Below are positions 26,464-32,000 of a DNA stretch of 32,000 nt, piece by piece (positions within the stretch are counted from its first letter, which is position 1; each line of letters starts with the position of its first letter). This DNA is from Methanothermobacter marburgensis str. Marburg (GTDB lineage: Archaea; Methanobacteriota; Methanobacteria; Methanobacteriales; Methanothermobacteraceae), in NCBI RefSeq assembly GCF_000145295.1, contig NC_014408.1, positions 870,001-902,000 of the forward strand, given 5' to 3'. A program made the position numbers and the translations under genes. The notes beneath the pieces are model-generated. The model had not been told where the DNA came from. It did no database searches and saw only the letters and a list, made by a program, of their open reading frames with translations.

Positions 26464-27075
26464 ATGAAGAAGGTTCTGATTATCCTTGCAGTGCTTGTCA
26501 TCGCTTTTGCAGGTGCATTTTACTATACTGAGAACGCCAATTCGGTTGATATCACAATAAAGACTGACGGGGTTAACATCACGGTCGAGGCAGACACCAT
26601 ATTCTTCCAGAAAACTCCACCTGAGATGGAGCAGAAGATCGGTGAATACATGGCGGACGTCATCAACGACCCTGACAGTACCGTTGAAACGATAAAGGCC
26701 AATGTCACAGAGATAGCAAAGAGTTACGGCTACAGTAAGGTTGATGTGACCATTGAGTCACAGTTCGGTGTTGACCAGCTCCCCATGCCAGCCGTTGTGA
26801 GCGGTGACTCCATGTACCCGACGCTCAGAGATGGGCAGGAACTCATAGTGCTCAAGACAGACGACTACAAGGTTGGGGATATAGTTATAGCCAAGCACCC
26901 AGAGTATGGCCTCATCGTGAAGAGGGTGGGTAAGATAGAGCCCACCAGGGTGTACCTAATGAGTGACAACAAGAAGGTTGAGCGCATCTACACACCAACA
27001 TCGGTGATTGTCAGGACACCACTCAACACATGGGTTCCGAAGTCAGCCATTGTGGGTGTTGTGAAGAAGTACTGA
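26464..27075 (+). CDS. Signal peptidase I-like (S26/S24 family) membrane-anchored serine peptidase
   Basis: An N-terminal TM helix (VLIILAVLVIAFAGAFYY) is followed by VVSGDSMYPTLRDGQ...GDIVI...IVKRV. I prefer the ATG at 26464 (7 nt after GGAGG) over the ORF-track TTG at 26458. Confidence 0.7.
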   Translation: MKKVLIILAVLVIAFAGAFYYTENANSVDITIKTDGVNITVEADTIFFQKTPPEMEQKIGEYMADVINDPDSTVETIKANVTEIAKSYGYSKVDVTIESQFGVDQLPMPAVVSGDSMYPTLRDGQELIVLKTDDYKVGDIVIAKHPEYGLIVKRVGKIEPTRVYLMSDNKKVERIYTPTSVIVRTPLNTWVPKSAIVGVVKKY

Positions 27076-27154
27076 AAACCCACACACCTACTCCCTACCT
27101 TTTCTACAATACTGAAACCCCAAACCTCCTCCCTAACCTTTCTACGTTTTCTAC
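27070..27154. repeat. Diverged ~40-bp tandem duplication. Copy 1 contains the stop codon of the peptidase gene.
   Basis: Copy 1 is tactgaaaacccacacacctactccctaccttttctaca (27070-27108) and copy 2 is tactgaaaccccaaacctcctccctaacctttctacg (27110-27146), followed by an extra ttttctac. Identity is roughly 80%. Confidence 0.5.
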
Positions 27155-27196
27155 TTGCCTGGAACGATGATGCTGATGAAGAAACCTGTCATGAGG

Positions 27197-27532
27197 ATCA
27201 GTGAAGTTGTTTTGAACGTCTGCATCATTGCTGAACTCACAGCTCTATTCACATCAGTGAAGTTGTTTTGAACGTCTGCATCATTGCTGAACTCACAGCT
27301 CTATTCACATCAGTGAAGTTGTTTTGAACGTCTGCATCATTGCTGAACTCACAGCTCTATTCACATCAGTGAAGTTGTTTTGAACGTCTGCATCATTGCT
27401 GAACTCACAGCTCTATTCACATCAGTGAAGTTGTTTTGAACGTCTGCATCATTGCTGAACTCACAGCTTTATTCACATCAGTGAAGTTGTTTTGAACGTC
27501 TGCATCATTGCTGAACTCACAGCTTTATTCAC
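27197..27532. repeat. Six-copy 56-bp tandem array in a convergent intergenic region
   Basis: The unit atcagtgaagttgttttgaacgtctgcatcattgctgaactcacagctctattcac starts at 27197, 27253, 27309, 27365, 27421 and 27477. Copies 1-4 are identical. Copies 5 and 6 share one C-to-T change (agctttattcac). There are no unique spacers. Confidence 0.95.
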
Positions 27533-27634
27533 AATTTCCTGCCGATCCGCTATATGTTCCAGAACCGAATACAGTCCCCCTGCAAGAATCAGATCATATT
27601 GCAAAAAAAGTTGAATTCCAAGATAAAAAATTAA

Positions 27635-28609
27635 TCAGGTGAACTCAGAGAGCCTCTCAATCCTTCTGAGCATGTTTGGGTGTGTTGAGAGAAGTTCAAG
27701 TATCCTTGCGCCCACACCAACCTTTACTCCACTGTACTTCACTCTCTGAAGCTCGGCCATGCTTATGGTGCCGTCCATGTCAATGTCAAGCTGGCTGAGA
27801 TCATTTATCTCATTTCTGGCGTCGGATACATCGTTGAGGAAGAATGCCTTAACACCCTCAACCTGCTTCAGATCATCCCTGTCAAATGCAGCGGAGCCAT
27901 AAACCAGTTTGTAGAGTGCACTTGCAAGTTTGTGTGGCTGGCCACCGATCTCCACGCTGCCCTGGTCCGCATAGTACTCCCTTGTCCTTGATATGAAGAG
28001 TACTATCAGCTGGCCAAGGAAGTAGGCTATGAGTGCCGCGATTCCAATCAGGGTTGCATCGTCGTCCCTGCTGTATATGGTGCTCCAGAATATGTAGTAG
28101 CAGATAAGTGGAACCGCGCTCACAAGGGTCATGACTATCATGTCACTGTGCCTTATGTGGGATATCTCGTGTCCAAGGACGGCCCGGAGTTCCTCCTCAT
28201 CAAGGAGGTTCAGTATGCCCCTTGTTACACATACCCTGCCGTCTGATTTTGTTCTCCCAAAGGCAAAGGCGTTGGGCACTGCAATCTCTGCAATTCCAAC
28301 CCGGGGTTTGGGTATTCCTGCATTCCTTGCAAGTTCATCCACCATGGCGTGAAGCCTGGGGGCCTCTGCCTCACTGACGTAGTGGACGTTCATTGTGAGT
28401 TCCACTATCTTGGGGGAGAGGAGGTACTGAAGGAACACTATGCCAAAACCAAGCAGGGCATAGAACAGTGGACCGCCGAATCCCATGAGGGCCCCTATTG
28501 CTATGAGTATGGCGTAGATTATACCAAATAAAAGTGCTGTTGCCAGGAACATCCTTAGCTTCAGTTTCCATGTGCTGAGTTTTCTCATTTTGGCTTTTTC
28601 CTCCATCAT
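27635..28609 (-). CDS. htpX: HtpX-family M48 zinc metalloprotease (membrane)
   Basis: A 324-aa ORF with N-terminal TM helices. It contains HEISHIRHSD (HExxH), EYYAD and the C-terminal LSTHPNMLRRIERL. Confidence 0.85.
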   Translation of the reverse strand: MMEEKAKMRKLSTWKLKLRMFLATALLFGIIYAILIAIGALMGFGGPLFYALLGFGIVFLQYLLSPKIVELTMNVHYVSEAEAPRLHAMVDELARNAGIPKPRVGIAEIAVPNAFAFGRTKSDGRVCVTRGILNLLDEEELRAVLGHEISHIRHSDMIVMTLVSAVPLICYYIFWSTIYSRDDDATLIGIAALIAYFLGQLIVLFISRTREYYADQGSVEIGGQPHKLASALYKLVYGSAAFDRDDLKQVEGVKAFFLNDVSDARNEINDLSQLDIDMDGTISMAELQRVKYSGVKVGVGARILELLSTHPNMLRRIERLSEFT

Positions 28610-28941
28610 GGTATTAGTTACAATGAGTTATTTTATTCTGAGAGGATATAAACTTTTTGTTATTTATTGACATCAAATTATTAAAAGTCGGATCACTGCG
28701 TTCAGTTATATGGGTGCAGATATATAAACTCCAGAGGTGCAGCTAATTAGAAATATTCTTATTAATTTGCCATCATTCCTTTTATCCCTTACTTTTATTT
28801 CAACGGTCAACGGTCCATACTGTGATGGCGGGTAACAGAAGGTATTTGGTGAGAAGACATTTTTAGGGTAACAGCTCACGGTGTTGTGTTCCTTCTCTGG
28901 GAGGATGTTATCTGGTCGCTGATCTAATCATTATCACAGTA

Positions 28942-28949
28942 TTTATATA
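28942..28949 (+). promoter_or_regulatory. TATA box (TTTATATA) upstream of the secreted-protein gene
   Basis: A strong consensus box in an AT-rich 346-bp divergent intergenic region, about 50 nt upstream of the ATG at 28995. Confidence 0.4.
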
Positions 28950-28994
28950 TCTTCTTTGACATATTTTTCATTAAATGAGTTCCAGTTGATCAAT

Positions 28995-29951
28995 ATGAAG
29001 CATCTATGGAAACTTTTAATTGTTTTAATGGTCTTTGCCCTCATGGGATCCTCACAGGCCGTGCATCTTGGAAACAGGACCTACGGCTATGTCGAAAAGG
29101 ATTACTATGGGGATCTCAACTCAAACGAAACCATTGCAGTCATCATAGGCGTCCACCCCCAGGAGTCAGGTATACACAACGCAGTGAGGGAGAAGATCCA
29201 GACATCTAACCTCACAAAGAGGTATGTCCTCTACAGTGTCCACGTAACCCGAGACGTGAATGATTACTCAAGGGGCCGTATGAACGGCCAGCTCCTTGCA
29301 AGGGACTTCGTAGTGCCTGATATAAAGAACGAGAAACCCATGCTCGTCATAGACTGCCATGAGAACCACTACCATGACAGTGGATACGCCTATCCACGAT
29401 TCCTGGACATAATATCAGAGAACACCGCAACCATCAACTACACTGACCAGATAATAGCCCGCATGAATTTCCTGAAAATCTACAGACCCCCAAAACCAAC
29501 AAGCCCCCAGTATGTTACAATACCAATAGCGTCACAGGGTTACAATACCGTGATCTATGAAACATACTTCTATGACACCTACTCAAGGAAACTCAGCGAC
29601 GCGGGTCTTCTGGTAAAAGCACTTGACAGCCTCCAGAGATACACGGCAACCGGGCCCAGTGTAACCTCAAGCAATCCCAGATGGGGGGGTATGACCACAA
29701 GAAGGCCCCTCATCAGGGTCACATTCTCTGGTCGCATAACACCGGGCAGATACTGGAACAGCATAACACTCAGGAACCAGTTCGGGAAAACCGTGAGGAT
29801 TAAAAAGTGGGTGAGTGGCAACACCCTCAATGTGAAACCCCTATCCAGACTCTCAGGAAACAGGTGGTACACCCTCGTGGTGCCCGCTGCAGCACTGGTG
29901 GATTCCCCCCAGAAGAGATGGACCCTGAAGTTCAGAACGGGGCGAAGGTGA
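28995..29951 (+). CDS. Secreted protein: putative HxxE...H metallo-hydrolase-like N-domain plus a C-terminal Ig-like (SbsA/Big-type) domain
   Basis: I prefer the Met at 28995, which gives the signal peptide MKHLWKLLIVLMVFALMGSSQA. The N-domain has GVHPQE and DCHENHY. The C-terminus (IRVTFSGRITPG...ITLRN..GKTV...SGNTLNVKP...YTLVVPAAALVD) resembles bacterial Ig-like domains. The functional call is tentative. Confidence 0.55.
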   Translation: MKHLWKLLIVLMVFALMGSSQAVHLGNRTYGYVEKDYYGDLNSNETIAVIIGVHPQESGIHNAVREKIQTSNLTKRYVLYSVHVTRDVNDYSRGRMNGQLLARDFVVPDIKNEKPMLVIDCHENHYHDSGYAYPRFLDIISENTATINYTDQIIARMNFLKIYRPPKPTSPQYVTIPIASQGYNTVIYETYFYDTYSRKLSDAGLLVKALDSLQRYTATGPSVTSSNPRWGGMTTRRPLIRVTFSGRITPGRYWNSITLRNQFGKTVRIKKWVSGNTLNVKPLSRLSGNRWYTLVVPAAALVDSPQKRWTLKFRTGRR

Positions 29952-30085
29952 AGACACATTAAATTCACTTATTAAATTCTTTTTTCTAGATCCGTTAAAT
30001 CCCCTTAATTTACCAATCATTCACGCGTTTTTCCAATACTGAAAAATGGAAAGCTCAGAAAAATTAATTTATTAAAAATAATAGC

Positions 30086-30751
30086 TCATATAATGCCATT
30101 ACCCTTAAGAAGTTTCCTGGGGTTCTTAACAAGGGCTTCCTCAACCTCTGATTCATCGAGTCCAGCTCCAAGACCCACGCGGCGTGCCATGTCATAGTCA
30201 AGGAGGTCACCAGGTGCATGGGTGTCGGTGTCAATGACAACTGGAACCCCAACCTCACGGGCAACACCTGCAACATGCCCGTTACCCAGGCAGTGCCCCT
30301 TCCTTGCGCTTAGCTCAAGTGTAACACCATTCTCACGGGCAAGTTCAGCATCATCCACCGTTATGAGGCCAGGGTGGGCCAGTATATCAACCTCCGGGCA
30401 GCTAACAGCCACATGATTGGTGCCGGGAATCACAGGTTCAACGATTGTTTCCCCGTGCACAACTATGATCTCAGCCCCCAGGCCCCTTGCCCTCACTGCA
30501 AGCTTTTCAATTATCTCAACAGGCGCATGTGTTATCTCAGCCCCCGGTATGACCCTGATGTCCCAGTTATCTCCGATATCCTCAACCGCGTCTATTAGGG
30601 ATGTTATGGTGTTTATATTCGAGGCGTCTATGTGGTCTGTGATGGCTATGGCCTCATGTCCCAGGACACATGCCCTCCTTGCAAGTTCAGATGGCAGGAG
30701 CTCACCGTCACTCAGGAGGCTGTGGGTGTGAAGATCGATCCTCTTTCTGAT
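30086..30751 (-). CDS. PHP-domain metal-dependent phosphoesterase (histidinol-phosphatase-like family)
   Basis: The ORF track starts at an internal GTG (30496), but the frame is open upstream. There it encodes [38 protein letters not shown]..., which is PHP motif I. No ATG, GTG or TTG lies between the upstream stop and that motif. AAGGAGG sits 7 nt before an ATC at 30751-30749, which I take as the start. Confidence 0.6.
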   Translation of the reverse strand: MRKRIDLHTHSLLSDGELLPSELARRACVLGHEAIAITDHIDASNINTITSLIDAVEDIGDNWDIRVIPGAEITHAPVEIIEKLAVRARGLGAEIIVVHGETIVEPVIPGTNHVAVSCPEVDILAHPGLITVDDAELARENGVTLELSARKGHCLGNGHVAGVAREVGVPVVIDTDTHAPGDLLDYDMARRVGLGAGLDESEVEEALVKNPRKLLKGNGII

Positions 30752-30832
30752 GTCAGGTCCTCCTTAAAAATCATTATATTTATGTTACAATATACCAGTG
30801 AACAGTTAGAGTATGTCCAGGGAAGTATTTAA

Positions 30833-31687
30833 ATGAAGCCCTCAGTCTTTGTCCCAGCACATATAACCGGATTCTTTGAGGTTGTAAGGGTCGATGATCC
30901 CCTGAGAACAGGTTCCAGGGGCGCCGGGGTCGTCCTTGACCGTGGAGTTGAAACCTCCATAAAGGTCAGGGGTTCCGAAGATAAAACGGTTGTAAGGGTC
31001 AACGGAAAGAAAGAAAACGGGGAATCAGTTAGCCTGCGTTCCCTTGAAATACTAAGGGAAATAACAGGATTCAGGGAGGGTGTGAGCATACACCACAGGG
31101 TTGATGTCCCCATAGGGTGTGGTTTCGGGGCATCCGCGGCCTGCGCCCTGGGAAGTGTCCTTGCAGTTGTAAGGGAACTTGAACTCCCTGTCACGGTCAA
31201 CACTGCAGGTTCAGTGGCCCACAGGGCCGAGGTGGAACTTGGAACAGGACTGGGGGACCTGATAGCCGAGATGACCGGCGGGATAGTCATAAGAACCAGG
31301 GAGGGCCCGCCTGGATACGGGAGGACAGACCGGATCACTGACAGGGGCCTCTATGTCTTAACAGAGACCCTTGGGGAGCTTGACACGGCATCGGTCATCC
31401 GTGATGAAACAAAGGTTGGGGAGATAAACCGGATGGGTGCCGGGATGATCCGGAGACTCCTCAGGGAGCCGACACCTAGGATGTTCATGGAACTCTCCCG
31501 TGAGTTTGCCACAGGAACCTCACTCATAACCCCTGAACTCAGAGAACCCCTGGAGGCCCTCTCTGAGGGGACGCTGGGGGCATCCATGGCGATGCTGGGT
31601 AACACGGTATTCGCCCTGTCAGAAGACCCTGATGCCGGGGGCGATGATGTGTATGGAATTGACTTTTCAGGTGCAAGGTTTCTGTGA
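30833..31687 (+). CDS. GHMP-family kinase, probably archaeal pantoate kinase (CoA biosynthesis, COG1829-like)
   Basis: A 284-aa ORF. It contains FVPAHITGFF, SRGAGV and the GHMP motif VPIGCGFGASAACALG. Confidence 0.65.
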   Translation: MKPSVFVPAHITGFFEVVRVDDPLRTGSRGAGVVLDRGVETSIKVRGSEDKTVVRVNGKKENGESVSLRSLEILREITGFREGVSIHHRVDVPIGCGFGASAACALGSVLAVVRELELPVTVNTAGSVAHRAEVELGTGLGDLIAEMTGGIVIRTREGPPGYGRTDRITDRGLYVLTETLGELDTASVIRDETKVGEINRMGAGMIRRLLREPTPRMFMELSREFATGTSLITPELREPLEALSEGTLGASMAMLGNTVFALSEDPDAGGDDVYGIDFSGARFL

Positions 31688-31811
31688 TGCTGGAGTTAAA
31701 GTGTAGAAGACCATCTGGGGGGGTTTTATGGGTGATAATGAACATATCTGTGGATTTAGGGGGAAAATACTTTAAATTAAAAGATTATATTAATCACTGT
31801 TCCCATCTCTG

Positions 31812-31829
31812 CATCAGGGGCCCCTGATG
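31812..31829. promoter_or_regulatory. Perfect 18-bp palindrome CATCAGGGGCCCCTGATG between TATA-like sequences and the downstream gene's start
   Basis: The sequence is self-complementary across all 18 nt. It lies 31 nt upstream of the ATG at 31861, 20 nt upstream of the SD AGGTGA, and downstream of AT-rich TATA-like tracts (31765-31800). Confidence 0.4.
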
Positions 31830-31860
31830 AATTGTGTTAAGGGAATGGTCAGGTGAAGCC

Positions 31861-32000
31861 ATGATAAGACTGGTATATGATATAAACATCTACCGGGACG
31901 TCCTCAGGGAGGTCCTGAGGCCCGGGGATACCGTTGTTGAACTGGGGTGTCACATAGGAAACTCAACACGCATAATATCTGACCTTGTGCAGGAGGGCAG
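31861..32000 (+). CDS. Probable SAM-dependent methyltransferase, N-terminal 46 codons (continues beyond the right edge)
   Basis: The ATG follows SD AGGTGA. My translation is MIRLVYDINIYRDVLREVLRPGDTVVELGCHIGNSTRIISDLVQEG, in which VVELGCHIG resembles SAM-binding motif I. The gene is truncated by the window end. Confidence 0.45.
   Translation, partial: MIRLVYDINIYRDVLREVLRPGDTVVELGCHIGNSTRIISDLVQEG

Noticed and set aside
27600-27660. Resemblance between the 56-mer unit (tgaactcacagctct) and the 3' end of htpX (tgaactcagagagcctct), which would make the array another gene-end echo
   Set aside because: Only about 8 contiguous identical bases match, and the array lies 100 bp from the htpX stop. 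That is too weak to claim without alignment statistics.
30829-31338. A 169-aa minus-strand ORF opposite the pantoate-kinase-like gene
   Set aside because: It is antisense to a gene with a clear GHMP kinase motif, and its Ser/Thr/Pro-rich composition marks it as a shadow ORF.

Overview
The window reads as a Methanothermobacter (M. thermautotrophicus-like) chromosomal segment: dense coding, about 50% GC, GGAGG-type Shine-Dalgarno sites and several apparently leaderless promoters. Recognisable archaeal housekeeping genes include GGGP synthase, HMG-CoA reductase, SucD, AroD, PolX, L40e, Tsr3, HtpX and pantoate kinase. Three things stand out. (1) Positions 1-8571 hold a tightly coupled minus-strand operon of an SNF2 helicase with a C-terminal PD-(D/E)xK domain, a Zn-ribbon DPPY methyltransferase (DUF1156-like) and a large DUF499-like ATPase. 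This is a methylation-linked, defence-type system that is only poorly characterised. Its helicase is split by a 1-nt frameshift, and the methyltransferase carries a roughly 520-bp AT-rich mosaic patch. (2) Between 10 and 27.6 kb, an unusual number of intergenic tandem repeats (periods of about 40-69 bp, some with perfect copies) duplicate the exact 3' or 5' terminus of the adjacent gene. They include 4 perfect 50-mers, 6 copies of a 56-mer, and a triplicated promoter plus start-codon module. (3) A fusion of two receiver domains to a processive GT2 synthase sits between PolX and a TPR-membrane protein. Smaller observations are an EF-hand loop in HtpX, a PHP-domain gene with no canonical start codon, a lone sucD translationally coupled to hmgA, and an 18-bp perfect palindrome in a promoter region. 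I saw no tRNA or rRNA genes, CRISPR arrays or transposases. All family assignments come from motif recognition by eye; no searches were run.
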